A stretch of 64,000 nucleotides of DNA from Candidatus Zixiibacteriota bacterium (GCA_050117845.1 JASFLY010000011.1:1-64000), one strand, 5' to 3'. Positions 9,101-17,931 are shown, numbered from the stretch's first letter. The notes: generated by a model from the letters alone, not told the origin. A program made the numbers and translations.

Positions 9101-10048
9101 AATAAAATTGGCTCCCGCTTCCAGCGGCGCGGGGGCGAGATACTGGTCGAAATAGCCTTCGTGGTAGGCGTCGCGCGAGAAGACCGGCGTTCCGTTCACC
9201 CACACCTTGACGGCGCCAGCGGCTCCCATAGCCAGGTAAGCGTCCCGGGCCGTCGGCGAGTTAACGGCGACGGCGAGGTAAGCGACCGCCTTGTCGGCCG
9301 GGGCGAGTACGCCCGTCAGGTCCAGGAATCCGGTAGGGAGGCGTTCGGGCAGGCCGCGCCACGACACGGGCCGGGCTTTGCCGTCGTACGTCGCCGAGGC
9401 CGCGTATGACGTTTCGGGCGGGAATAACCTGTTGAAACCCTCCTTGCCCTCGTTGTCGAAGGGGCCGATGATTTGCCACTCGCGTATGAAATTCAACGCC
9501 GCCAGGGTTTCCTCCGCGCCGGCGAAGTCGCCGGAGCGATGGGCCCGGTCGAAAAGGAAAAGGGTGGCTTTGGCCCGTAGGAGCGCCGGGGCCTCCGGGT
9601 TTTCGGTCAGCGCCGTGAGGGAGGCCAGGAATTCGGCCCGGCCGTTCGTGTCCTCCTCGAGCACGTGGCACCGATGGAGGTAAACCGGGGCGGCGGGGTG
9701 CTCGGGTGCCGCGGCGATGAAGGCGAGATAAGCCGAGAGAGCCACGTCGTAATCGCCACGGATTTCACAGGCTCTACCGTAACCTTCGAGCGCGGCCGGA
9801 AACGAGGGGTCGGCCTTCAGGGCCTCTTCGAAATAACGGCCGGCCGTATCGTAGTCGTTCTCGGCGAAGAGGGCTCGCCAACCGGCGTCGGACCATGCGG
9901 AAGCGGAGGCTCCGGGGGCCGGTTCGGCGGCGGCCTCGGCGCGGCCTATGGCCACGGCCGGGCTCTCGTACGTAAACGCCACGACGGGGGACGCAGCGGC
10001 GATACATAATAGGGCGACGGTAGACAGGAGGGATGTTTTCGGTTTCAT
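6179..10048 (-). CDS. secreted TPR + DUF3857 + transglutaminase-like domain protein (~1290 aa)
   Basis: Signal peptide from MKPKTS; TPR repeats; beta-sandwich insert (WQIIGPFDN...); DUF3857 segment; RYVGLEFGIGGYRP, YGDCKDK, FNHMI and FLDGT give a Cys-His-Asp triad. Confidence 0.85.
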   Translation of the reverse strand: MKPKTSLLSTVALLCIAAASPVVAFTYESPAVAIGRAEAAAEPAPGASASAWSDAGWRALFAENDYDTAGRYFEEALKADPSFPAALEGYGRACEIRGDYDVALSAYLAFIAAAPEHPAAPVYLHRCHVLEEDTNGRAEFLASLTALTENPEAPALLRAKATLFLFDRAHRSGDFAGAEETLAALNFIREWQIIGPFDNEGKEGFNRLFPPETSYAASATYDGKARPVSWRGLPERLPTGFLDLTGVLAPADKAVAYLAVAVNSPTARDAYLAMGAAGAVKVWVNGTPVFSRDAYHEGYFDQYLAPAPLEAGANFILVKICGDDKRWGFGARFVDGDFEPMTDLSFDAGTAALAPASRVVGRAPSEEFDGLSFFDSRLLGDAPDAFDFYYAALEHYARDDADEAEEVPTKLMLGAQSVMPDVADFYYYVGAMEREESRVRANLTRALELAPKHNQARLELAKYYYDLDRPRAAADIIDRLVEEVPAFAEAGQYRAKIDWEMGYAYDARSEAAALSERFPNYPYSKMVEALYEKNYGSIERSVELWQSIYDYDVYASNARNEVFTLSLNRGDLAGAEAAMRRTLAADPYDLDARKKLARALDRHGRHEEALAEIDIALRFRPEDHVLWEIKGTALEKLGRDGESRRAYRQAITFKRNYPALENYLSYLEPSNDGDRAPRLDAYDLLAAFPGEDAFPRDSAVWLLDDRQVEVFDNGTSTRTVHQVIKILTPEGAEKFRYIYVSYSPGSENVEIKRAAVLKPDGTEITATNIKEYNVFDIWSRLYYSYVNKVITMPNLSPGDTVDVEYKISQTGENLFADYFGDFFYFGDKNSTILSRYVLTVPAKKRYYFARLRGAPAPEITRRDEKITYVYRMRDLPSIEEEAYMPALAEILPGVQVSTFATWNDVGRWYNGLIKDVFRASPEIEVLAEELAAGAPDDITKLRRVFDFTVTRVRYVGLEFGIGGYRPHTPKQCLETHYGDCKDKATLMNTLYRLMGFKAYPVLIRTGDLGELDYELPILGLFNHMISYVELPDGRTYFLDGTAEYHSYKELPPNDQGIDVLVVFDDRAEFIRTPVLSPEDNHLTTRTTFVLQPGGDAHVHRTVEYGAADAPAQRERFQVEAKRRTIIEEYWNGLYPGTKIYNEKFSDISDLGAPVRTEYDANVPRMYNPNDARIHLDAVVHKSNLLSRYGKKAERNWPLILRRNEKTTSELTYVLPGDYAVAALPLIKEIRTPFGKLAMDVRSKEGSVYVKQELELYAQRIDPDDYKAFREFCLNVDDWESEPVILQKTR

Positions 10049-10065
10049 ATTAGCACCGGCACCGT

Positions 10066-10094
10066 AGAAAAAACCCCTGCCCATACGGGCAGGG
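10066..10094 (-). terminator. intrinsic terminator after the mini-protein
   Basis: Minus strand CCCTGCCC-gtat-GGGCAGGG-GTTTTTT, preceded by a second hairpin GGCGGG-gct-CCCGCC. Confidence 0.75.
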
Positions 10095-10136
10095 CAAAGG
10101 CGGGAGCCCCGCCAATCTTTTTTACGTTTAATTATA

Positions 10137-10271
10137 CTAGGGGGTGTCGCTTTCCGAGTACAGGGTCTTAACGTCGCCGACCGAACCGCTCTTTAGCGTA
10201 GTCGCCAAAACGAGGCTGGCGATGGCCCCCAGCATAACCGCGATGATTATTACAGCGAGTTTCTTATTCAT
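10137..10271 (-). CDS. 44-aa secreted or membrane mini-protein, function unknown
   Basis: MNKKLAVIIIAVMLGAIASLVLATTLKSGSVGDVKTLYSESDTP; GGAGGT RBS 5 nt upstream; own promoter and terminator; Sec signal peptide. Not in ORF track. Confidence 0.8.
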   Translation of the reverse strand: MNKKLAVIIIAVMLGAIASLVLATTLKSGSVGDVKTLYSESDTP

Positions 10272-10326
10272 GTCTTACCTCCGAGTTGACCTCGGTATTA
10301 GTATCCCGGAACACTATCCGGTTACG

Positions 10327-10355
10327 ATTTTATACTATTTTCGGCCGTTGCGCAA
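10327..10355 (-). promoter_or_regulatory. sigma70 promoter for the mini-protein
   Basis: TTGCGC-N17-TAAAAT on the minus strand. Confidence 0.5.
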
Positions 10356-11534
10356 GTTTTTTCGGCGTTTAACCGCTTCGGCCAGGTAGCTTTCCAGTAT
10401 TTCGCAATGGCGGCGCCACCCGTACTTCTCTTTGACGATGCGCTCGGCGTACGCTCCGATGTCCCGACGGCGGGGATCGATCGCCAGGGCGGCCAGCTTC
10501 CGGGCGAAGGACGACGCGTCCCCGGCGGGGGCGAGATATCCCGAGCGCCCGTCCTCCACCATCTCGTCGAGAATGGGGTAGTGGCTCGTTACGACCGGGA
10601 GGCCGCTGGCCAGGCACTCCAGCACCTTCGTCGGCGCCCAGAAAAAACCGAATTCGCGCAACGGCGGGTAGTAGGCGTCGTTGAAGGGGGCGACGGCGGC
10701 GTCGGCCGCGGCCATTAAATACGGGAGTTCGGCGTGTTTGCGCCAGCCAAGCATTTTTACCGATGCCCCGATGCCCGTAGACTCGACTTCGGCCTCGAAC
10801 GCGGGCCGGTCCTCGCCGTCGCCGACGATCCAGAATAGCGCTTCCGGTCGGGCCGCCGCCGTGGCGGCGATAATGCCGGGGAGGTCCCGCAAGCCCTGCC
10901 ATGGCCGGAAGGACCCGACGAAAAGGACGACGAACCGATCCGCGCCGGCGTATTTCTCGCGCAGGGTTTTGGCGCGGGGCTCGTCGGCGAGGGCGGCGGA
11001 GAACTGCTCCTCGTTCACGCCCCAGATTATTTTCCGGGCGCGCTCACGGGCCGCGGGCCGGACGATGTTCACGTTGGGGGCGCAGGCGCCGTCCGCCCGG
11101 GCGAACTGGCGGTCGACCCACCACTCGAGTATTGTAAGACGCGTCGTACCGGCGAGGCCTCGGCGATACGCGAGTTCTTCCACGTGGGGGCCGTTGACTT
11201 CGACGTAATAGGGTAGACCCTTGGCCGCGGCGAAAAGGTAGCCGAGGCCGTTCAGCGTAAGGTAGCGTTCCATGACGACGTCGAAGCGTCGTCCCCAAAG
11301 ACGGGCCAGCACCGGCGCGGCGCGGAGGTTGCACTTGACGCCGCCGAGGCGGGAGCGCCGACGGTAGATAGTGACGCCCTCGAGCTCTTCGCGCGAAGGC
11401 AGTCCCGGGGCCGCGGCGCCGACGAGCGTCACGTCGTGGCCGCGGCGGACCAACCCCCGGGCTACCTCCCAGGTGTGGACCGCGCCGGCGTGGGACGCCG
11501 GGACGTCCTCGTTGGAAAAATAGAGTACCCTCAC
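10335..11534 (-). CDS. glycosyltransferase family 4 (GT-B)
   Basis: LVRRGHDVT, FVGSFRPWQG, VGDG, PTKVLECLASGLPVV. Confidence 0.9.
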   Translation of the reverse strand: MRVLYFSNEDVPASHAGAVHTWEVARGLVRRGHDVTLVGAAAPGLPSREELEGVTIYRRRSRLGGVKCNLRAAPVLARLWGRRFDVVMERYLTLNGLGYLFAAAKGLPYYVEVNGPHVEELAYRRGLAGTTRLTILEWWVDRQFARADGACAPNVNIVRPAARERARKIIWGVNEEQFSAALADEPRAKTLREKYAGADRFVVLFVGSFRPWQGLRDLPGIIAATAAARPEALFWIVGDGEDRPAFEAEVESTGIGASVKMLGWRKHAELPYLMAAADAAVAPFNDAYYPPLREFGFFWAPTKVLECLASGLPVVTSHYPILDEMVEDGRSGYLAPAGDASSFARKLAALAIDPRRRDIGAYAERIVKEKYGWRRHCEILESYLAEAVKRRKNLRNGRK

Positions 11535-13141
11535 GGCAGTTCGTAAATTTCCACGGTGGGGCCGGGCCGGCCTGCGCCGGGAATGTTGTGAACCAGGTGG
11601 CCTCGTTCCCGCAGGAACGCGTCGTACTCGTCGGCCCAGGGGGCCAGCGGCGTTCCGTACGGTTTGCCCTGCTCGGCGAAAAAGCCGCGGTCGTCGGGGA
11701 CTACTCGTACGGCGTAACCCGTGGGTATCGCACCCGTACCGCCCGTTTCGCAGAAGAGGTACGTCTCGTACGTAGTCCGGCCGAAGGGGTACCGCGGGTT
11801 TTTAAGTTGATATGCGTAGCGGCCCGGCGAACCGCCGCCGAGTAAACGGTAATACTTTATTAAACGCTCAAGGGAAGCGCGGTCGGGCCACAGCGGCGGC
11901 CCGTCCACGTCCGGCGGCAACGACTCGAGTATTACCGGCGTTCCCGCTGGGACGTTTCTTTTGAAATATCTGAAGGCCTCGGTCCGCGTGTCGGTACGCC
12001 ACGCCCACGTGACGTGGCCCACGGCGCCGGCGGCCGATAGCGTTATTAATAGGGCTACGAGGCCGAAGGCCAATCGTCGCCAAACCGGCCTTGTCCACGA
12101 AGCGACGTCGGCGGCGAACGCCCCGGCGGCCACCGCGAGCGGCGAAATCAAAGGGAGGAGGTGTCGCGGTGGCAGGGGCCTGATAACGGCGGCGACGACG
12201 AAGGGGGCCGCGGCCAGCGCGATTACGAGGCCGTACCGGCTCGGCCTGCGTATCAAAGGAACCACGCCCGCGACGATCAAAGGTATAAGGAACCATCCCG
12301 CGGCCTGGGGGATTATGGTCCCGACGAAGTACGTGGCGTCCGGCGCCCACTTGACCATGCCGGGGCGATTCGCCATGGCCGCGAGGTCGCCGACGAACGA
12401 GGACGCGTCGAGGACGGCGAACGGGCACGCGACGACGAAGGCGACGAGCGCCCCGGCCGCGCCGACGGCGCACGCTTTGACGCGAACCGAAACGCCCCGG
12501 CTGGGGATAAGCCAACACGCTATCAGCGCGGGCACGAAGAATAGGACGTGGTACTTCGACGCGGCGCCGAGGCCCAGGAATACGCCAGCGAGGACGGAGT
12601 ATCGGAACTGACCCTTTTGTAAATAAGAAACGGCGAACGCGAGCGAAGCGGCGCCGAGAGCGGCGGCCGCCATATCCGGGAGGCCGATGGCCCCGGCGGC
12701 CACGGCGACGGGGGCGAAGGCGACGAAGGCGGCGGCCGTGTAACCGGCCGGGCGGCCGAAGGCGTCGCGGGCCCAGCGCCACGTAGCCCAGATAGCCGAC
12801 GCCGCGAAGGCGGCGGTGATTGCGCGGCTTACGTAATAGAAGAAGCCGGGCGCCCGCCAGTAAAGGTCGGCGAAGGCCGCGGCGTCTGCGGCGGCGCCGG
12901 TTAATTTCGCATACACGAAGACGCCGGCGAAGGCGATGAAGTTTAAATATATGACGAGCGTTCCGGGCCAGGTGAAGAGGCCGGGATTGAGTTCCCCCGC
13001 GCCCACGCGCAGGGCCCGTTCGATTACCTGGAACTCGTCGGCCTGGTAATGGAAAGGGAGTTGGGCGGCTGCCAGGACGAGGCGCAGTAGAACCCCCGCC
13101 GCGACGATCCCCCACAGCGCCGGATTAAACTTCTTCAGCAC
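11531..13141 (-). CDS. GT-C glycosyltransferase (family 39/ArnT/PMT-like)
   Basis: Multiple TM helices; DE motif in the first periplasmic loop (YQADE); GLGAASKY; overlaps neighbouring genes. Confidence 0.8.
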   Translation of the reverse strand: MLKKFNPALWGIVAAGVLLRLVLAAAQLPFHYQADEFQVIERALRVGAGELNPGLFTWPGTLVIYLNFIAFAGVFVYAKLTGAAADAAAFADLYWRAPGFFYYVSRAITAAFAASAIWATWRWARDAFGRPAGYTAAAFVAFAPVAVAAGAIGLPDMAAAALGAASLAFAVSYLQKGQFRYSVLAGVFLGLGAASKYHVLFFVPALIACWLIPSRGVSVRVKACAVGAAGALVAFVVACPFAVLDASSFVGDLAAMANRPGMVKWAPDATYFVGTIIPQAAGWFLIPLIVAGVVPLIRRPSRYGLVIALAAAPFVVAAVIRPLPPRHLLPLISPLAVAAGAFAADVASWTRPVWRRLAFGLVALLITLSAAGAVGHVTWAWRTDTRTEAFRYFKRNVPAGTPVILESLPPDVDGPPLWPDRASLERLIKYYRLLGGGSPGRYAYQLKNPRYPFGRTTYETYLFCETGGTGAIPTGYAVRVVPDDRGFFAEQGKPYGTPLAPWADEYDAFLRERGHLVHNIPGAGRPGPTVEIYELP

Positions 13142-15521
13142 CGGGACTCCTTTTTCGGCGCACAGTCAGGATTATAAGAAAGGCGAATACAGCGGCGAAG
13201 GACGCGAGCGAAACGGCGAGGCCGACGTAGAAGGACGCCGGGGCGAAACGGAATTCCACCGTGTGGGGGCCGGGAGGTACGACGACGGCCCGCGAGACAA
13301 CGTTGGCCCGGTAGATTTCGGTCGGCGCGCCGTCCACCGTGGCCTTCCATCCGGGGTAGTATAAATCGTCAAATAGAAGGAGCGAGGGGCCGGTGACGGC
13401 GCACGTGGCGCGGAGCGGCGACTTCCTCGTCAGTTCGACGGGCCCCGTGGCGCCGGAGCCGTCGAAAGCCGCCGGCTTTTCGAAGAGGACCGCCCGTTCG
13501 GCCGGGTCGAAACCGTCGCCCATGATAACGCCGAGGGCCGCCGCGTCGTCCGGGACCAGGGTATATTCGGGGACCGCCCTCGCCCGCGGCGCCGAACCAC
13601 CGCACTCGTATACGTAATACGGAGGGAAGGAGCCGACCGGCGTAACGCCAACGCCGCGCCACGGCGTTAAACGGACGACGTGCGTAATGCCGTATACGCG
13701 CAAAACGCGCGCCGCTTCGGCCGTAGGGCGGGCCATCCGGCCGCCGCCCGGGTCCGACGCCGTGGTATACAGGTCTTCCAGTATTTCGAATGCCGTAACG
13801 GCGTACGCCGGCCGGAGCGACGCCCGGGGGACCAGGAGGTCGTAACCCCAAACGGCGTGCGAGTTCTCGTGGACCAGGCCGAGGCCCAAGTATTTATTCT
13901 CGTCCAAGGAGAAGCCGTTGGAATAAATACGGCCCGGGTACTCGCCGAAGGCCGCGGCCGCCGGAGGAGGCCGGTTGACGAACGAGGCGCGTACGGTCGG
14001 GTTCAAACCCTCGCCGTAACGGTAGAGGTCCACCACGGTCAGCAGGACGATGATGTACGGCGCCACCGCGGCCACGGTTCGGTGCCGGCGAGCGCCCAAG
14101 AATATCACGGCCGCGGCGCCCAGCAGGCCGAGCTGGAAGAACGTAGCCGGGTTCCGCAGGCTGGCGGCACGGAAGGCTTTGCGGAACATGACCTTCCCCT
14201 TCTCCCGGTAGTAATCGCGGACGGCTTCGGCGTTGCCGAATTTGGCGGCTACGGCCTCGGCCTTGGCGTCGGCGGTCCGTTCGACGGCCGTGCGGAATTG
14301 GGGCAGGGAATAACGGAAGGTCACCGTTGCGGCGACGGCGAGGCCCAACGCGACGAGGGCCGAAACGACGAAGGCCCGGCTCCGGGAACGGACGAATACG
14401 TCAAGGCCGTCTCCGGCTCCCACCGCCAGCGCCAGCGCCACGTAGAGTAAAAGGCGGGACGGGGCGCGAAAGAGGCAGAACGGCGGGACGTATTTATAAA
14501 TATTGAAAAGGGGCGTGAACGTCCCGCAGGCGAAGAGGGCCGCGAGCGCGAGGAGTATTATAAAGAACCAACGGCGCTTTTTAATGAAGCCGCCGACGGC
14601 GAGAAGAAGCGGGAATATGCCCACGTAGAACGCGGATTCGACGAAGGAGCCCCGGCCCCAGTAGCTGTCGGCCTGCGCTTCGGCGAGCGGCGCGAAGGAC
14701 GGGTGGGGCGCCCGGCCGAAAATGTCGGGCAGAATGAGCTGAAGATATTGCGGAGGCCACAGCGAGTACTCGCCGGGACGGGTCGAGCCGGCGCGTTCGC
14801 TCAAGCGCCAGAGTTCGAAGGTCGGCACAAGTTGTACGGCTGCGAGCACGAGAGGCAGGGCGCCGAAGCAGAGGAGCGCGGATATCGCGTGGCGCCGGGG
14901 TTTGACGTAAACCGCGGCGTATATCGCGGCCGCGACCACGGCGTACGATGCCAACTGGAATTGGCCCGCGAGTACGGCCAACGCGCCGCCCAGGCCGCCG
15001 GCCAATGCGTAGCGGAGGTCGTGCGTCCTGGCGTAACGGACGGCGAGCCACAGGAGGCCCGGCAGCCAGACGCCGTTGGTCAACAGCGTATATATTCCCA
15101 GCCGGGCCAGGAAGAAACCCCCAAGGCCGAACGCCACCGCGGCGAGCGTGCCGGCGAGGCGGCTTTGCCCCAGGTCGCGGCAGAGTAAATACGTAAATAT
15201 CAGGCCGGCGTATACGTGCAGGAGGAGGAAGATGTTGGAAGCGGCCGCCGAGGGTAGGACGGCGAACAGCAGAAGGGCGAGGGGGTGAGCGAAGGTTCCC
15301 TGGCCCTCGGCGAAGAGGGGCGAGTTGAGGTGCGTCGACCAGAGGGGGAAGTAGCCGGCGTGGAGCGCCCGGCCCAGTTCGACCTGCGCCGGGTACGAAA
15401 AGGTGAGTGTATCCTTGGCCGCCGGGAGGTAGCCGAGGGATACGAGTTTCGGGAAGAATAAAATCAAGAGCGCGCCGAGGAAAAGAGGCGGCGCGGCTCG
15501 TTTGAGTAGGGACGATTTCAC
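13125..15521 (-). CDS. YfhO-family GT-C membrane protein
   Basis: PLW, YVGIFPL, FRAPSR, C-terminal YYPGWKATVDG...RAVVVPPGPHTVEFRF plus a final TM. Confidence 0.88.
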   Translation of the reverse strand: MKSSLLKRAAPPLFLGALLILFFPKLVSLGYLPAAKDTLTFSYPAQVELGRALHAGYFPLWSTHLNSPLFAEGQGTFAHPLALLLFAVLPSAAASNIFLLLHVYAGLIFTYLLCRDLGQSRLAGTLAAVAFGLGGFFLARLGIYTLLTNGVWLPGLLWLAVRYARTHDLRYALAGGLGGALAVLAGQFQLASYAVVAAAIYAAVYVKPRRHAISALLCFGALPLVLAAVQLVPTFELWRLSERAGSTRPGEYSLWPPQYLQLILPDIFGRAPHPSFAPLAEAQADSYWGRGSFVESAFYVGIFPLLLAVGGFIKKRRWFFIILLALAALFACGTFTPLFNIYKYVPPFCLFRAPSRLLLYVALALAVGAGDGLDVFVRSRSRAFVVSALVALGLAVAATVTFRYSLPQFRTAVERTADAKAEAVAAKFGNAEAVRDYYREKGKVMFRKAFRAASLRNPATFFQLGLLGAAAVIFLGARRHRTVAAVAPYIIVLLTVVDLYRYGEGLNPTVRASFVNRPPPAAAAFGEYPGRIYSNGFSLDENKYLGLGLVHENSHAVWGYDLLVPRASLRPAYAVTAFEILEDLYTTASDPGGGRMARPTAEAARVLRVYGITHVVRLTPWRGVGVTPVGSFPPYYVYECGGSAPRARAVPEYTLVPDDAAALGVIMGDGFDPAERAVLFEKPAAFDGSGATGPVELTRKSPLRATCAVTGPSLLLFDDLYYPGWKATVDGAPTEIYRANVVSRAVVVPPGPHTVEFRFAPASFYVGLAVSLASFAAVFAFLIILTVRRKRSPGAEEV

Positions 15522-15528
15522 GCCGTTT

Positions 15529-17346
15529 TTATTTAATGTAACCTAAAGCGCGCAATTTGTCCACGGTTTCGTCGTCGATGTCGCGGCGGGGCGCGGGCGC
15601 GGGTTCGATCGTCCCTTTTATACGCTCGAGGTCGGCCCGCAGGGCGGCGACGCGTTCCTCGTTGTCGGCGGCGACGTTGAACTCCTCGCCCGGGTCGCTT
15701 GTAAGGTCGAAGTACTCCACGGTGCCGTCGTGGTGGAGGATCAGCTTCTCCGAAACCGTGGCGAGCATCTCGAGCCGGCCTATGGAGTGTTTACTTTCCC
15801 GCATGGGGTCGGGCATGCATATGCCGTACGCGGGGGTCGGTGCGGCCGGCGGCGGTCCGAAGAGCGCGCGGCCCCGCATTCCCGGGGGGATGGGGAGGCC
15901 GGCGAGGTCCAGCATGGTAGGAGCGACGTCGAGGGTAGAGACGGCGCGGGGCGGAACGGGTGGTCGAGGCAATTCACCGCCGAGGTCGCAGACGATGAAG
16001 GGGACGTTCGTCTCTTCTCCGTAAAGGCGGAAACCGTGGTATTTGGTGCCGTGTTCCTTGAAGGCCTCGCCGTGGTCGCCGACGACGAGTACTACCGTGT
16101 GCCCGGCCCGGCCGCCGCGTTCGAGCTCGTCCAGGAAGCGGCCTATCTGCGCGTCCATGAACGCGATTTCGCCGTCGTAGAGCGCGCCGATGCGGTCGGG
16201 CAACTTCGGCCCGCCGGTTCCCTCGGCCCAGCGTTCGTTTACTTTAAGTTGGGTCGTCCGACTGCTAAGGCCTGGCCGCGTGTACTTCGCGGGCGGGAGA
16301 TAATCGTCGTGGGGGTCGAAATAGTGAAGCCAAACAAAGAAGGGGCCGCTCGGGTGGCGTTTCATCCAGCGGAGGGCGGCGTCCGTGACCTCGTTGCCGG
16401 GGCGCTCGGCCGGATTGTCGTCCGTTATCAAAAGGGACAATCTCTCGGCCAACGAGGCCGGCATCAGGGGCGAAGCTTTATAAGCGTCAATGGGGTTGAC
16501 TGCGTCGTCGTAGGTGTCGAAGCCGCGGTCGAGCGCGGTGTCGCGGGCCCACACCGAACTGGAGCCGGCGAAGGCCGCGGTGGCGTAACCGGCGTCCCGG
16601 AACTGCTCCGCCAGCGTCGGGACGTCGTCCCGGAGTTTCATTGCGTTCAGCACCACGCCCGTGGTCTCCGGGTAGAGGGAGGTCATCATGGTGGCGTGGG
16701 AGGGGGCGGTAATCGGCTCAAGGCACCGCGCCGGCTCGAACTTAACGCCGCGCCGCGCCAGGTCGTCAAGGGTGGGGGTGCTGGCCCCGGCGTGGCCGTA
16801 ACAGCCGATGCGGTCGGCGCGGGTCGTATCGACGGTGATGAGTACGAAGTTGGTCCGTTCGGCCGGCGCGGGGTCGGTCCTGGCCAGTAGGGTATAGGCG
16901 GTGAAAACCAGGAGACCGCCCGCGGCGACCGAGGCGAGGACCGTGGCCAGGCGGCGGCGCCGGAAGATAATGACCAGGAGTTTGCCGACGAACGGGGCGG
17001 CGACGAGGCCGGCCACGAGGGCGCCGGCCCAGGCGTACTTCGCGGAGGGGAGCACGGCCCCGGCGGCGTGCCAGAGCCAGGGCGCCAGGACGGCGGCGTA
17101 TACCGCCACGGTGGGGGCTCCCTCGGCGTCGCGGCGCCGGGTCCGACGGAGAAGGGCGGCGTATATCCAGAACAGCGCGGCGGTGACGACGCCGGCGACG
17201 AGGGCGTCGGCGAGTACTGTGCGCCAAACGGGATCGCGGAGGACGGGAGTATTCCGGGCAAGTTGCCAGGATGCCTCGAAAGCGGCTCCCAGGACAGCGG
17301 CGACAAGCATGGCCCACAGGTACCGAATGTTGAACATGGAGTCCAC
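15529..17346 (-). CDS. membrane-anchored sulfatase/alkaline-phosphatase-superfamily protein
   Basis: N-terminal TMs; ITVDTTRAD, TAPSH, RGFD, HYFDPH, YDGEI, GDHGE; C-terminal LRALGY. Confidence 0.85.
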   Translation of the reverse strand: MDSMFNIRYLWAMLVAAVLGAAFEASWQLARNTPVLRDPVWRTVLADALVAGVVTAALFWIYAALLRRTRRRDAEGAPTVAVYAAVLAPWLWHAAGAVLPSAKYAWAGALVAGLVAAPFVGKLLVIIFRRRRLATVLASVAAGGLLVFTAYTLLARTDPAPAERTNFVLITVDTTRADRIGCYGHAGASTPTLDDLARRGVKFEPARCLEPITAPSHATMMTSLYPETTGVVLNAMKLRDDVPTLAEQFRDAGYATAAFAGSSSVWARDTALDRGFDTYDDAVNPIDAYKASPLMPASLAERLSLLITDDNPAERPGNEVTDAALRWMKRHPSGPFFVWLHYFDPHDDYLPPAKYTRPGLSSRTTQLKVNERWAEGTGGPKLPDRIGALYDGEIAFMDAQIGRFLDELERGGRAGHTVVLVVGDHGEAFKEHGTKYHGFRLYGEETNVPFIVCDLGGELPRPPVPPRAVSTLDVAPTMLDLAGLPIPPGMRGRALFGPPPAAPTPAYGICMPDPMRESKHSIGRLEMLATVSEKLILHHDGTVEYFDLTSDPGEEFNVAADNEERVAALRADLERIKGTIEPAPAPRRDIDDETVDKLRALGYIK

Positions 17347-17351
17347 CCGAT

Positions 17352-17377
17352 AAAAAAAAACCTCCCACCGGGGGAGG
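17352..17377 (-). terminator. intrinsic terminator
   Basis: Minus strand CCTCCC-ccggt-GGGAGG followed by T9. Confidence 0.75.
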
Positions 17378-17396
17378 CGGAGATGAACGGGTTAGT

Positions 17397-17876
17397 TTAC
17401 GGCGCGGTAGTCTCGCCGTAGCGCGAGGACATTAGGATTTCCGCGAAATTGGCGTGGTCCGGTATTTTACGGCACATGATAACGCCGACTTCCCGGTCGC
17501 CGTCCACGAGCAATTGGTCGCCGAACTCGGGCGTGGTTTCCACTCGCACGGCGCCGTATTTGTCGGTCGCACGGTTGAGGAGTTTGGCGTTGACGACGTT
17601 TTTCAAAGGCACCGCGATGAGGTTGTGATGGGGATTGAATTCCTCGCGGATGAAACGCTCGTTCGTGATGATAAAACGATTGCGTCTCTTGCGTTTGAAA
17701 TAGATCGGGATGATTCCCAACAGGCTTATCAACGCGAGCGTCCACATTTTCAGAACGATGGCCGCGGCTATCGCCACCACCGCTATAACGGCAGCGAGGA
17801 TTATGGTTGAATATAGAAAAGAAATGTGCTCGTAGAAGATTCGCTCGACCTGTTCGGATTCCGTACCTTTGGGCAT
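17397..17876 (-). CDS. two-TM protein with bacterial PH-like domain
   Basis: Two TMs then FIITNERFI...VPLKNV...YGAVRVET (bPH_2-like pattern); GGAGG RBS. Confidence 0.65.
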   Translation of the reverse strand: MPKGTESEQVERIFYEHISFLYSTIILAAVIAVVAIAAAIVLKMWTLALISLLGIIPIYFKRKRRNRFIITNERFIREEFNPHHNLIAVPLKNVVNAKLLNRATDKYGAVRVETTPEFGDQLLVDGDREVGVIMCRKIPDHANFAEILMSSRYGETTAP

Positions 17877-17931
17877 ACATCCTCCGGCGGGGATGGGGGG
17901 GCGGGTTCTTTACGACTTCCTTCCTGCAAAC

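Noticed and set aside
17911..17927. CAGGAAGGAAG on the minus strand resembling the SRP RNA loop
   Set aside because: No surrounding SRP helix or GCAGC; it is the short 5' UTR of a CDS.
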